64,000 nucleotides of DNA from Bacteroidota bacterium (GCA_029550865.1 JAKPGM010000006.1:9373-73372); one strand, 5' to 3'; numbered from the stretch's first letter, positions 28,923 through 38,856 are shown. Translations and numbers: made by a program. The notes: generated from the sequence alone by a model not told the origin.

Positions 28923-31865
28923 ATGAAAGCTAAGAAACTACTCACGCTATTCGTATTTGCGCTAGGCATGGTTGCACTCCATGCACAACGTGCGCCCATT
29001 TCGGGTAAAGTAACGGAGGAGAAAAGTGGTGCACCAGTTGTTGGTGCAAGTGTGGTGTTGAAGGGAACCCAACAAGGAACTCTTACCGACGCCGATGGAA
29101 ATTTCCGAATCAATGCCCAAAAGGGGGATGTACTGGTAATCTCATTTGTGGGATACGAAACGCAAGAGGTTACGGTAGGTGATGCGTCGCAAATTAACAT
29201 ATCGATGCGAGAAAGCCTGACAGCGCTGGAAGAAATTGTGGTAATCGGTTATGGTACAGTAAAAAAATCGGATGCCACAGGTTCGGTTGCTGTTGTTACC
29301 GCAAAAGATTTTAACCGGGGAGCTATCAATACATCCGAACTCATTACCGGGAAATCGGCAGGGGTGGTAATTACTCCCAGCAGTGGACAACCCGGTACCT
29401 CGGCCACGATTCGTATTCGTGGTGGTTCATCGCTCAATGCCAGCAACGATCCGCTGTTGGTTATCGATGGTGTACCCGTTACCAGCTCAAATCTCAACCT
29501 GATTAACCCCAACGACATTGAGTCATTTACCGTACTGAAGGACGCTTCAGCTACAGCCATTTACGGTGCACGCGCATCGAATGGGGTGATTCTGATTACT
29601 ACCAAAAAAGGGTCGAAGGAGTTTCAGGTAACTTACAATGGAACAGTAGGTATCAACACACTACCCAAAAAGATTGACGTGCTTTCGGCCAGTGAATACC
29701 GCAATCTGCTAAATGAGTTGGTACGTCGTTCGGCTACCGATTCCATTAAATATAGTAAAGCACGTGCGCTAATGGGAACTGCCAATACCGACTGGCAGGA
29801 TGAAATCACCCGTAATGCTATCACGCACGATCACAACGTTAGCCTTTCAGGGTCGATTGTCAATGTACCCGTTCGCGCTTCGCTTGGGTATACCGATCAA
29901 CAAGGAACAATCATTAATTCCGACATGCAACGTTCCTCGCTATCGCTGGGCATCAGTCCCACCCTATTCGACGATCATTTGAAGGTGAATGCCAATGCCA
30001 AAGGCATATACTTCAACAACAACTGGGGCAATGCTGGATCGCTGGGTGCTGCTGTTGCCTTCGACCCTACCCATCCGGTACGCGACACTTCAGCACGCTA
30101 CATTCCCTGGGGTGGATACTATACCTGGTTACAGCCAAGCGGAAATCCCATTACCATTGCTACAGCCAATCCTGTTGCACTGGCTGAGTTGGCAGACAAT
30201 AAATCCAACACAATGCAGATGATTGGAAATATCGAGCTCGACTACAAGGTACATTTCCTCCCCGACCTTCATGTAAACGTTAATTTAGGTCTCGACTATC
30301 AGAAAAAAGATGGGCACGACAACCTACCAAAAACTGCTTCGTGGACGTTCCAATCGAACCTGGGTAGAAAAGCAGAATATAAAGACAACTTTAAAAACAA
30401 ACTACTCGACATCTACCTTAACTACAACAAGGAAATCCCGGCTATTTCGAGCCAGATAAGCGCCATGGGAGGTTATTCGTGGCAAAACTTCTATGAAGAT
30501 CATTACTATTATTCCACCAATTTCGATCGCACTGTCAAAAACGATAGTACCTCGACGGCTACGGAACTTCAGCTAATTTCATTCTTCGGACGACTCCAGT
30601 ACATTTTGCTCGAACGTTACATGGTAACTGTTACCGTACGCCAGGATGGAACTTCAAGATTCTCGCCCGATACACGTTGGGGGTTGTTTCCTTCAGTAGC
30701 CCTGGCATGGAGCCTCAATAAAGAACCTTTTTTGCGTGATATCAAAGCACTGAGTGAACTTAAGCTACGATTGAGCTACGGGGTTACTGGTCAACAAAAC
30801 ATAGCCAGTGGTAACCTGCGTGACTACATCTACCTTTCCACCTACAAACGTAGCTACGACGACGCCATGTACCAGTTTGGCAACCAGTTCTATTACACCC
30901 TGCGTCCCAACGCCTATGATGCCAATATTAAATGGGAAGAAACCAGTACATACAATGCTGGGCTCGACTTTGGATTCCTCAATAACCGCATCACTGGTAC
31001 TTTCGATATTTACAAACGTAATTCAAAAGACTTGCTTAATTATACCACCGTACCAGCAGGTACCAACTTTGCCAACTACATCTATACCAACGTAGGTACT
31101 CTGGAAATAAAAGGTTTTGAAGCCTCGATCAATGCACGTGTGATTTCTACAAAAGATTTCGTTTGGGAAGTTGGGGCTAATTTCGCATACAATACCAATA
31201 AAATTACACAACTACGTTCACGCATGGACAGTACCTATGCCGGCGATGAGTTCGGTTTTATCAGTGGGGGCGTTGGAAACCGTATATTAATCAACTCGCT
31301 GGGGAAACCTCGGGGTTCGTTCTATATGTTTGAACAGCAATACGATTCATTGGGACGTCCCATTGAAGGAGCGTATCGAAAAGATACTACGGGCAAAGAT
31401 ATTAAAGTTCATTATCACACCCCCGATCTCAAATATACCATTGGCTTTACAACCCGTGTACAATACAAAAACTTCGATTTCTCGTTATCGGCACGGGCTA
31501 ACATCGGTAATTACGTGTACAACAACATTGCCTCCAACCAGGGAACATACCAGAATATTTACAATCCGACCGGTTACATCAACAATGTCCATGCGTCGGT
31601 GCTGAAAACAAACTTTGAAGTACCCCAGTATTGGTCTAACTACTATGTTGAAAACGCTTCTTTCTTCCGCATCGACAATATTAGCTTTGGTTACACTTTT
31701 CCAAATATTATCGGCAAGGGTAGCCTAAAAATTTCAGCCATAATTCAGAATGCCCTTGTTATCAGCGATTATTCGGGTATTGATCCGGAGGTAGATGGCG
31801 GTATCGATAACAATATTTATCCACGTCCAAGAATTTACCAGTTGGGGATAAATCTTACCTTCTAA
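28923..31865 (+). CDS. susC: SusC/RagA-family TonB-dependent outer-membrane transporter
   Basis: The track ORF starts at 28872; the likely start is MKAKKLLTLFVFALGMVALHAQ at 28923. It has a CarboxypepD_reg-like N-domain (ISGKVTEEKSGAPVVGASVVLKGTQQGTLTDADGNFRI), a plug (IVVIGYGTVKKSD) and a terminal aromatic residue (...GINLTF). Confidence 0.92.
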   Translation: MKAKKLLTLFVFALGMVALHAQRAPISGKVTEEKSGAPVVGASVVLKGTQQGTLTDADGNFRINAQKGDVLVISFVGYETQEVTVGDASQINISMRESLTALEEIVVIGYGTVKKSDATGSVAVVTAKDFNRGAINTSELITGKSAGVVITPSSGQPGTSATIRIRGGSSLNASNDPLLVIDGVPVTSSNLNLINPNDIESFTVLKDASATAIYGARASNGVILITTKKGSKEFQVTYNGTVGINTLPKKIDVLSASEYRNLLNELVRRSATDSIKYSKARALMGTANTDWQDEITRNAITHDHNVSLSGSIVNVPVRASLGYTDQQGTIINSDMQRSSLSLGISPTLFDDHLKVNANAKGIYFNNNWGNAGSLGAAVAFDPTHPVRDTSARYIPWGGYYTWLQPSGNPITIATANPVALAELADNKSNTMQMIGNIELDYKVHFLPDLHVNVNLGLDYQKKDGHDNLPKTASWTFQSNLGRKAEYKDNFKNKLLDIYLNYNKEIPAISSQISAMGGYSWQNFYEDHYYYSTNFDRTVKNDSTSTATELQLISFFGRLQYILLERYMVTVTVRQDGTSRFSPDTRWGLFPSVALAWSLNKEPFLRDIKALSELKLRLSYGVTGQQNIASGNLRDYIYLSTYKRSYDDAMYQFGNQFYYTLRPNAYDANIKWEETSTYNAGLDFGFLNNRITGTFDIYKRNSKDLLNYTTVPAGTNFANYIYTNVGTLEIKGFEASINARVISTKDFVWEVGANFAYNTNKITQLRSRMDSTYAGDEFGFISGGVGNRILINSLGKPRGSFYMFEQQYDSLGRPIEGAYRKDTTGKDIKVHYHTPDLKYTIGFTTRVQYKNFDFSLSARANIGNYVYNNIASNQGTYQNIYNPTGYINNVHASVLKTNFEVPQYWSNYYVENASFFRIDNISFGYTFPNIIGKGSLKISAIIQNALVISDYSGIDPEVDGGIDNNIYPRPRIYQLGINLTF

Positions 31866-31904
31866 GTTAAGTTTGATTCGTTGAATATTAAAACTGACAA
31901 GATT

Positions 31905-33506
31905 ATGAAAAAGCAATATAAAATTTTAAGTCTATTGTTGATGGGGATGGTACTTATAACCACCTCATGTTTAAAAGACCTTGATACGGAGCCATTGGAC
32001 AAAAATGTGACGACAACCAATAAAGTTTTCAAGGACACGCTGGCATTTAAGGAAGCCCTTGCAAAAATCTATGGGGGTTATGCGCTGACGGGGCAACAGG
32101 GTCCTGCCGGTGATCCTGATATCTCGGGTATTGACGAAGGCTTTTCGAACTATCTGCGGCAATACTGGAACTGTCAGGAGTTAACTACCGACGAAGCCAT
32201 TATTGCATGGAACGATGCCACTATTAAAGATTTTCACTGGCACACGTGGACACCCTCCGATGTATTCATTACGGCCATGTATTACAGGATTATGTATCAG
32301 ATTACACTGGCCAACGACTTTATCAGCCACTGCGACGAATATGCCCCCAAGCTATCGGCAGCAGAACAAGCAGAACTGCGTCATTATAAAGCCGAAGCTC
32401 GTTTTCTGCGTGCACTTACCTATTGGCACGGTATCGATCTTTTCGGCAACATGCCTTTTGTAACCGAAAAAGATAAGGTGGGTAGCTTCTTCCCAAAACA
32501 GATTAGCCTGACAGACCTTTTTAAATACATCGAAAAAGAGCTACTCGAATGTGAAAGCGATCTTATTGATGCCCGTAAAAACGAATATGGACGTGCCGAC
32601 AAAGCTGCTGCATGGACCCTGCTTGCCAAGTTGTACCTCAATGCCAAAGTTTACACTGGCGAAGAACACTACGATAAAGTGATTACCTACACCCAGAAAG
32701 TGATTGATGCCGGATATAGCCTGCAGCCCGTATATGGTCATCTGTTCTGTGCCGATAACGATAAAAGTCCTGAAATTATCTTTGCCATCAATTTCGATGG
32801 CTTGCACACCCGTACCTGGGGCGGAATGGTGTATTTGGTTCATGCCGCTATAGGAGGCAGCATGAATCCTGCAGAATTTGGTGTTGGCGGAGGATGGGGG
32901 GGTACCCGTACCACAAAAGCCTTTGTTGAAAAATTTTATAACGATGGCGACACCATCGACACACGCGACTCGCGTGCCATGTTCCATACCGCCGGCCAGA
33001 ATCTTGAAATCAATGACGTTGGTACCTTTACCGATGGTTATGCTATTAAGAAGTTTAAAAATGTTACCTCAACAGGCGATCCTGCACCTCATGCACATCC
33101 CGATTATGTAGACACCGACTTCCCGATGTTCCGTCTGGCTGATGTATACCTGATGTATGCTGAAGCAACATTGCGTGGTGGTGCTGGAGGCAGCAGAAGC
33201 AAAGCCCTTGAATATGTAAATGCCTTACGTACGCGCGCTTACAATGGACAAACCATTGGAAATATTACCGATGCTCAACTCACCCTCGACTTTATCCTCG
33301 ATGAACGAGCCCGCGAACTTTACTGGGAAGGACACCGCCGTACCGACCTGATACGGTTCGGGAAGTTTTCAGGCGGCAGCTATATCTGGCCCTGGAAAGG
33401 TAAGGTCAAAGAAGGTACAGCCACCCCAAGCCATCTCGACCTTTTCCCCATCCCCTCCTCCGATTTAAATGCCAATCCCAATTTGAAACAAAATCCGGGA
33501 TACTAA
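31905..33506 (+). CDS. susD: SusD/RagB-family nutrient-binding outer-membrane lipoprotein
   Basis: ATG at 31905 gives MKKQYKILSLLLMGMVLITTSCLKD (lipobox). SusD-type TPR core and C-terminal motifs (ERARELYWEGHRRTDLIRF). It lies immediately downstream of susC. Confidence 0.92.
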   Translation: MKKQYKILSLLLMGMVLITTSCLKDLDTEPLDKNVTTTNKVFKDTLAFKEALAKIYGGYALTGQQGPAGDPDISGIDEGFSNYLRQYWNCQELTTDEAIIAWNDATIKDFHWHTWTPSDVFITAMYYRIMYQITLANDFISHCDEYAPKLSAAEQAELRHYKAEARFLRALTYWHGIDLFGNMPFVTEKDKVGSFFPKQISLTDLFKYIEKELLECESDLIDARKNEYGRADKAAAWTLLAKLYLNAKVYTGEEHYDKVITYTQKVIDAGYSLQPVYGHLFCADNDKSPEIIFAINFDGLHTRTWGGMVYLVHAAIGGSMNPAEFGVGGGWGGTRTTKAFVEKFYNDGDTIDTRDSRAMFHTAGQNLEINDVGTFTDGYAIKKFKNVTSTGDPAPHAHPDYVDTDFPMFRLADVYLMYAEATLRGGAGGSRSKALEYVNALRTRAYNGQTIGNITDAQLTLDFILDERARELYWEGHRRTDLIRFGKFSGGSYIWPWKGKVKEGTATPSHLDLFPIPSSDLNANPNLKQNPGY

Positions 33507-33529
33507 TATTACCATACTTTTCCCCAAAA

Positions 33530-33561
33530 AGGATGCTCTACCACAGGGCATCCTTTTTTTT
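33530..33561 (+). terminator. Rho-independent terminator after susD
   Basis: Hairpin AGGATGC...GCATCCT (33530-33536 / 33548-33554) followed by a T-run. Confidence 0.7.
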
Positions 33562-33591
33562 ATATTTTTTTGTTAAGTAGTTCTGAAAAAT

Positions 33592-33599
33592 ATATTTTT
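33592..33599 (+). promoter_or_regulatory. Candidate -7 box (TATTTTTG) for aspartate kinase
   Basis: TAttTTTG lies 28 nt upstream of the ATG at 33628. Confidence 0.4.
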
Positions 33600-33627
33600 G
33601 CAGCCAAATTTAACAATCGCGTATACA

Positions 33628-35013
33628 ATGTTGACGGTTGAAAAAATTGGTGGAACTTCGATGTCGCAGTTCGACCAGGTATTAAAAAATATCATTATTG
33701 GGAACCGCAAACCCGGCGATTACTACAATCGAGTTTTTGTCGTGTCGGCTTATAACAATGTCACCAACTGGCTGCTGGAACACAAAAAAACTAAGGAGCC
33801 TGGTATTTATGCATTATTTGCCGAAGGGAAAGATTACAACGCTGCACTGGCCGAGCTGCTCGAAAAGCTTATAGCTATCAACGAAGGTTTTGTAAACATA
33901 GGCCTCGACCTCAATGTAGCCAACCATTTCATTAAAACCCGCATATTACAGACCAAAAACTATCTGAATAGCCTTGCCGATGTATTGGCTACGGGTTATA
34001 TAGCCAAGAAAGACATACTATTGGCAGCACGAGAGATATTAGCCTCTATTGGCGAAGCTCACTCGGCCTTCAATTCGGTAAATATTCTTAAAAACAACAA
34101 TATCAACGCTCAATTTATCGACCTTTGCGGATTTAATGACCCTGAACACCTAACCATCGACCAACGTATTCACAATGCCTTTAAAGGGATCGATTTTTCA
34201 AAGGTACTCTGCATAGCCACAGGCTACACCAAGGGTACCGAAGGTATCATGCGCGAATTTGACCGTGGCTATTCGGAAGTTACTTTTAGCAAGATTGCCG
34301 TTGAACTCAAAGCCGACGAAGCTATCATTCATAAAGAGTTTCACCTTTCCTCTGCCGACCCCAAGCTGGTAGGAGTCGACAAATCGATCGTGGTTGGTTA
34401 TACCAACTATAATGTAGCCGACCAGCTGGCCGACATCGGAATGGAGGCTATCCATCCAAAAGCCTCAAAACCACTCGAAATTGCCGGGATAAACATTCGT
34501 ATCAAAAACACTTTTGAACCCGAACATCCCGGAACACTCATCTCCAAAGACTATGTAAGCAAAGAATCGAAAATAGAAATCGTCACAGGATCCGACAAAG
34601 TTACGGCCATTGAAGTGCATGACCCTTTTATGGTAGGCGAAGTTGGTTTCGATTACGCTATCATGGAATATTTCAAGAAATACAACATCAGCTATATCCT
34701 CAAATCATCCAATGCTAATAGCATTACGACCGTAATCTGGGAAGATGAAGTGTATCCTGAACTCATCAGCGATTTAGAAAAACGTTTTCACAAAATCACG
34801 GTAAAAAATGTTGCTATTGTCTGTGCCCTGGGTACCAATATTGCCAAACCAGGCATTCTAGCAAAAGCTGCACAAACATTGGCCAACAACAACATCAATG
34901 TCGAAAGCATTTCACAGTCGTTGAGTCAGGTTAGCATACAGTTCGTAATTAACCGTGAGGATTATACAAAAGCAATCATTGCCCTGAATGATGCTTTATG
35001 CGTAAATGGATAA
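33628..35013 (+). CDS. Aspartate kinase
   Basis: The track ORF starts at 33598; the canonical N-terminus MLTVEKIGGTSM begins at 33628. It has the amino-acid kinase fold pattern (VFVVSAY...; GYTKGTEGIMREFDRGYSEVT) and two C-terminal ACT-like segments. Confidence 0.85.
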   Translation: MLTVEKIGGTSMSQFDQVLKNIIIGNRKPGDYYNRVFVVSAYNNVTNWLLEHKKTKEPGIYALFAEGKDYNAALAELLEKLIAINEGFVNIGLDLNVANHFIKTRILQTKNYLNSLADVLATGYIAKKDILLAAREILASIGEAHSAFNSVNILKNNNINAQFIDLCGFNDPEHLTIDQRIHNAFKGIDFSKVLCIATGYTKGTEGIMREFDRGYSEVTFSKIAVELKADEAIIHKEFHLSSADPKLVGVDKSIVVGYTNYNVADQLADIGMEAIHPKASKPLEIAGINIRIKNTFEPEHPGTLISKDYVSKESKIEIVTGSDKVTAIEVHDPFMVGEVGFDYAIMEYFKKYNISYILKSSNANSITTVIWEDEVYPELISDLEKRFHKITVKNVAIVCALGTNIAKPGILAKAAQTLANNNINVESISQSLSQVSIQFVINREDYTKAIIALNDALCVNG

Positions 35014-35073
35014 ATTGCCACGCTACATTTGGAGAGTTCAAAACATTATTTTACTTTTGTCGAGCGTTCTTTT

Positions 35074-35157
35074 GCCCGGATGGCGGAATAGGTAGACGCG
35101 CTGGTCTCAAAAACCAGTAAGAGCAATCTTGTGCCGGTTCGATTCCGGCTCCGGGTA
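35074..35157 (+). tRNA. tRNA-Leu (anticodon CAA)
   Basis: Folded by hand. Acceptor GCCCGGA/TCCGGGT, D-arm GCG-GAATAGGTAGA-CGC, anticodon arm CTGGT-CTCAAAA-ACCAG (anticodon CAA), long variable arm, T-arm GCCGG-TTCGATT-CCGGC, discriminator A. Confidence 0.92.
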
Positions 35158-35269
35158 CAAAGTTTTTGATTGAATTAACCACCGCCTTTACTACTTTGCC
35201 TACGCCTTATTACAGCACACTTTTTAACTCTCCTACCATATGGCACTTGTAACTCATCCGCAAGGAACT

Positions 35270-35277
35270 TATCTTTG
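35270..35277 (+). promoter_or_regulatory. Candidate -7 box (TATCTTTG) for rlmD
   Basis: TAtcTTTG lies 19 nt upstream of the ATG at 35297. Confidence 0.4.
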
Positions 35278-35296
35278 CGGCCAAATAAGTTAGGGA

Positions 35297-36703
35297 ATGG
35301 GGCGTAAAAAAAAGCAGCCTATTATTTTAAGCGATGTAGCAATTACCGAGATTGCCGCCGAAGGCAAAGCACTGACCAGGGTGGATGACCAGGTTGTTTT
35401 TGTTCCCATGGCTATTCCAGGCGATATAGTTGATATTCTGGTTACTAAAAAAAGAAGTCACTATTTATTAGGGCGAGTGGTATCCCTGAAAAAACCTTCC
35501 CCACTACGTGTAGAGCCTCTTTGCGAACATTTTGGCGTATGTGGAGGATGCAAATGGCAACATCTACCCTATTCCGAACAACTCAAATGGAAACAGAAGC
35601 AGGTAGTCGATACGCTTGAACGCATTGGAGGGATTACCCTGGAGAAAATAAACCCCATCCTTGGCTCGGAACAAACCTTCTACTATCGTAATAAGCTGGA
35701 GTACACCTTCTCAAACAATCGCTGGTTACCCGATGAAATCATAAAGCAAGGCATTTTCATCGTTGAACCAGGCGCAGGCTTCCACATCGAAGGCATGTTC
35801 GATCGGGTACTCGATATACGTACCTGCCATTTACAGCCCGAGCCGACCAATCAGCTCAGGTTGGCGCTGAAAAAATTTCTCCTGGATGAAGGAATACCCT
35901 TTTACAACCTACATCGCAAGCAAGGTTTGTTGCGCAACCTGGTAGTACGCAATTCACTTGACGGTAAGGTAATGGCCGTCCTTGTATTTGGGGAAGCCGA
36001 TGAAATCCTGATGAAAAAAACGCTAAATTATGTTGCCGATAATTTCCCCGATTTGCATTCAATCATGTACGGGATAAACACCAAACTAAACGATTCGATT
36101 CATGACCTCGATTTTAAATGCTGGAAAGGAGAGCCCTATTTGTACGAATCGATCGGCGATTTACGATATCGTATTGGTCCGAAATCATTTTTTCAGACCA
36201 ACAGTCGCCAGGCATTTCATCTGTATGAAACAGTGAAACGAATGGCACAAATAGCCCCACACGAAGTTGTGTATGATCTGTACACCGGTACTGGAACCAT
36301 TGCTCTATATGTTGCCCGACAAGCAAAACGGGTTATAGGCATCGAGTATGTTGAAGACGCTATTGCCGATGCGGTTGAGAATGCCAGGTTGAACCTCATT
36401 AGCAATGTAGAATTTTATGCAGGTGATGTAAAAGACATCATGACCCATGAATTTATTGCATCAAAAGGGTATCCCGACGTACTCATTGCTGACCCACCCC
36501 GGGTAGGCATGCACGACTCAGTAATAGAAACAATTCTGCAAGCAGCCCCACAACGAATTGTTTATGTAAGCTGTAATCCAGCCACTCAAGCCCGTGACAT
36601 TAAGGCTTTAGCAAGTCATTATCGAGTAGCCGAGATTCAACCCGTCGATATGTTCCCTCACACCCACCACGTAGAAAATGTAGCTTGCCTGGTTCGAAAA
36701 TAA
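35297..36703 (+). CDS. rlmD: 23S rRNA (uracil-C5)-methyltransferase, RumA/RlmD family
   Basis: 468-aa ORF with an N-terminal TRAM domain, the Fe-S Cys cluster CEHFGVCGGCKWQH, a SAM-binding DLYTGTGTIALY motif and the catalytic-Cys context YVSCNPAT. Confidence 0.88.
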   Translation: MGRKKKQPIILSDVAITEIAAEGKALTRVDDQVVFVPMAIPGDIVDILVTKKRSHYLLGRVVSLKKPSPLRVEPLCEHFGVCGGCKWQHLPYSEQLKWKQKQVVDTLERIGGITLEKINPILGSEQTFYYRNKLEYTFSNNRWLPDEIIKQGIFIVEPGAGFHIEGMFDRVLDIRTCHLQPEPTNQLRLALKKFLLDEGIPFYNLHRKQGLLRNLVVRNSLDGKVMAVLVFGEADEILMKKTLNYVADNFPDLHSIMYGINTKLNDSIHDLDFKCWKGEPYLYESIGDLRYRIGPKSFFQTNSRQAFHLYETVKRMAQIAPHEVVYDLYTGTGTIALYVARQAKRVIGIEYVEDAIADAVENARLNLISNVEFYAGDVKDIMTHEFIASKGYPDVLIADPPRVGMHDSVIETILQAAPQRIVYVSCNPATQARDIKALASHYRVAEIQPVDMFPHTHHVENVACLVRK

Positions 36704-36731
36704 ATTTTAGCCGATTACACAAATTATTCAA

Positions 36732-36739
36732 TAGGTTTG
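36732..36739 (+). promoter_or_regulatory. Candidate -7 box (TAGGTTTG) for the radical SAM gene
   Basis: TAggTTTG lies 16 nt upstream of the ATG at 36756. Confidence 0.35.
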
Positions 36740-36755
36740 CATAGAAAAAAATAAC

Positions 36756-37532
36756 ATGTCAACTTTCTTGTTCGAGGGCATTGTATTTGGACCGATAAAA
36801 AGTCGTCGGTTAGGTAATTCTCTGGGGATTAATCTTTTGCCAGAGGGGAAAAAAATATGCAATTTTAATTGTATTTATTGTGAATGTGGCTGGAACTCTG
36901 AAGAAAACAACAATCTGCAATGGCCTTCTATTGAAGCTATCAGCAACCAGCTAACCGATAAAATACAGGAACTTATTCGACAAGAAACAAAAGTCGATAC
37001 CATCACTTTTGCCGGAAACGGTGAACCTACGATGCATCCTTTATTTCCCGAAATTATTGATACGGTCATTCATATTCGAAATGTTTTATTACCAGAGGCT
37101 AAAATTGCTGTTTTATCGAACGCCACATTAATTTTTAAACCTAATATTCAGCAGGCTTTAAAAAAAATAGAATTAAATATCTTAAAACTCGATTCAGCCA
37201 TTGAATCAACCATTAGGTTGCTTAATCAACCAACTGGCTATTTCAACTTACGGGACACGATTGAACAGCTGAAAACATTTGGCAACCATTGTATAATTCA
37301 AACCATGTTTGTACGGGGATACTATAATCATCAGGCTTTTGACAATACTACTCCCGAAGAGTTGCAGGCATGGCTTCGGGTCATTAAGGAAATTAATCCC
37401 GCCTTTGTAATGATTTACACCATTGCCCGTGATACTCCAGCCGAACAAATATACCAGGTAAGCGCCGAAGAATTACAAAAAATTGCCGCCATGGTCGAAA
37501 AGGAAGGGATAAAAGTAAGTATTTCGGCATAA
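36756..37532 (+). CDS. Radical SAM protein (small, function unassigned)
   Basis: 258-aa ORF with the CNFNCIYCECG CxxxCxxC motif after FGPIKSRRLGNSLGINLLP, and a GNGEPTMHP SAM-binding motif. It is too short and too different for HydE/HydG, and unlike QueE. Confidence 0.8.
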   Translation: MSTFLFEGIVFGPIKSRRLGNSLGINLLPEGKKICNFNCIYCECGWNSEENNNLQWPSIEAISNQLTDKIQELIRQETKVDTITFAGNGEPTMHPLFPEIIDTVIHIRNVLLPEAKIAVLSNATLIFKPNIQQALKKIELNILKLDSAIESTIRLLNQPTGYFNLRDTIEQLKTFGNHCIIQTMFVRGYYNHQAFDNTTPEELQAWLRVIKEINPAFVMIYTIARDTPAEQIYQVSAEELQKIAAMVEKEGIKVSISA

Positions 37533-37597
37533 AAATAGTAGGATAACTTATCGTTCGTTATCCTTCAAAAAACTTGTATTCACATTTACCAATTACG

Positions 37598-37605
37598 TAC
37601 CTTTG
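37598..37605 (+). promoter_or_regulatory. Candidate -7 box (TACCTTTG) for hydF
   Basis: TAccTTTG lies 19 nt upstream of the ATG at 37625. It is preceded by an 8-bp hairpin AGGATAAC/GTTATCCT (37540-37564) that may terminate the radical SAM transcript. Confidence 0.4.
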
Positions 37606-37624
37606 CAGTTTTATTGAAAAAACC

Positions 37625-38827
37625 ATGGCAAGAGAAGTAACACCACACATAGGGATATTTGGACGCAGGAATAATGGAAAAAGTTCATTGATTAATGCCA
37701 TTGCGGGACACGACGTAGCCATCGTATCGGATATTGCAGGTACCACCACCGATCCAGTAAAAAAGTCGGTCGAAATCTTTGGAATAGGTCCAGCCATATT
37801 TGTCGACACAGCCGGTATCGACGATGAAGGCGATCTGGGTGAGAAACGTATCAAAAAGACACTTCAGGCTATTCAGCATATCGATTTTGCTATATTGGTA
37901 ATTACTGCAAATACCTTCGATAGTTTTGAAAAACGTCTGGTAGACGAATTTCGCAAATACGATGTTCCCTATCTTATTGCCCATAACAAGAATGATTTAA
38001 CCCCTCTGTCCGAAAACACCAAACAAGAGTTGCAACAACAATATGGAAGTCTTGCAGTAGTGCCCACCAGTACTTTTGACAATCAATCTATCAAGCAACT
38101 CATTGAAGCAATACAGCGTCATATGCCCGAAACGGCATGGAAAAAAAAGTCCATCATTGGGGATCTCATACAAGCAGGCGATTTGGTATTGTTGATTGTG
38201 CCTATTGATAATGAAGCCCCGGAAGGCCGACTGATATTGCCTCAGGTACAACTCATCCGTGATGTACTGGATAATCATGCCATTGCCATAGTGCTTAAGG
38301 AAACAGAAGTAGAAAGCTTTTTTAATAACCACCATATCAAGCCCCGACTGGCTATTACCGATAGTTCCATCTTCAAAAAAGCCGACAAACTTGTGCCAAA
38401 AGAAATCCCCCTCACGGGGTTTAGCGTGGTACTTGCTCGGCATAAGGGACCATTCGAGGCATTTATGGATGGAACTTATCAACTTTCGAAGTTGAAAGAC
38501 GGGGATCGGGTTCTGATTCTGGAATCGTGTACACATCAGGTAACCTGTGAAGATATTGGAAGATTTAAGTTGCCTCGATGGATTTCTGAGTTTACCGGTA
38601 AAAAATTGACATTTGACGTAGTTTCAGGGCTTGGTTCTATTCCAGAAAAAGTTTCAGACTATGCCTTAGTAATACAATGTGGTGCCTGTATGATTACCTC
38701 GCGTCAGGTGCACAGCCGAATGAAAAAATTCATTGAAGCGGGAATTCCTATCACCAATTATGGCCTGGCTATTGCCTACATGCATGGCGTATTTGAACGA
38801 GCCATTGCCCCTTTTCGGCGTCAATAA
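37625..38827 (+). CDS. hydF: [FeFe]-hydrogenase H-cluster maturation GTPase HydF
   Basis: The track ORF begins at TTG 37574; ATG 37625 gives MAREVTPHIGIFGRRNNGKSSLINAIAGHDVAIVSDIAGTTTDPV. This is colinear with my memory of Thermotoga HydF (GRRNVGKSS...VSDYAGTTTDPV, PKGRLIMPQV, ITDSQ, EGCTH, HCGGC, TNYGV..YLHGVLERAI.PF). Here the motifs are G1 GRRNNGKSS, G3 DTAG, G4 NKND, and cluster Cys motifs ESCTHQ and QCGAC. Confidence 0.88.
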   Translation: MAREVTPHIGIFGRRNNGKSSLINAIAGHDVAIVSDIAGTTTDPVKKSVEIFGIGPAIFVDTAGIDDEGDLGEKRIKKTLQAIQHIDFAILVITANTFDSFEKRLVDEFRKYDVPYLIAHNKNDLTPLSENTKQELQQQYGSLAVVPTSTFDNQSIKQLIEAIQRHMPETAWKKKSIIGDLIQAGDLVLLIVPIDNEAPEGRLILPQVQLIRDVLDNHAIAIVLKETEVESFFNNHHIKPRLAITDSSIFKKADKLVPKEIPLTGFSVVLARHKGPFEAFMDGTYQLSKLKDGDRVLILESCTHQVTCEDIGRFKLPRWISEFTGKKLTFDVVSGLGSIPEKVSDYALVIQCGACMITSRQVHSRMKKFIEAGIPITNYGLAIAYMHGVFERAIAPFRRQ

Positions 38828-38856
38828 AAAAAACTGCAGCCTCAGGGACTGCAGTT
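38826..38856 (-). terminator. Intrinsic terminator between convergent hydF and the CarboxypepD_reg gene
   Basis: Hairpin AACTGCAG(38832-38839)/CTGCAGTT(38849-38856). On the minus strand it is followed by a T8 run (complement of the A-run at 38826-38833). Confidence 0.6.

Noticed and set aside
33507-33627. Possible lysine riboswitch or leader upstream of aspartate kinase
   Set aside because: Only about 30 nt separate the candidate -7 box from the start codon. That is far too short for an L-box, and I saw no conserved L-box elements.
36756-37532. Radical SAM gene as HydE, HydG or QueE
   Set aside because: At 258 aa with an FGPIKSRRLG...CNFNCIYCECG N-terminus it is too short. It lacks the C-terminal domains and motifs of HydE/HydG, and it does not resemble the QueE sequences I recall. 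It is kept as an unassigned radical SAM.
37997-38536. 179-aa ORF antisense to hydF
   Set aside because: It is nested antisense in a gene with strong HydF colinearity and has no motifs.
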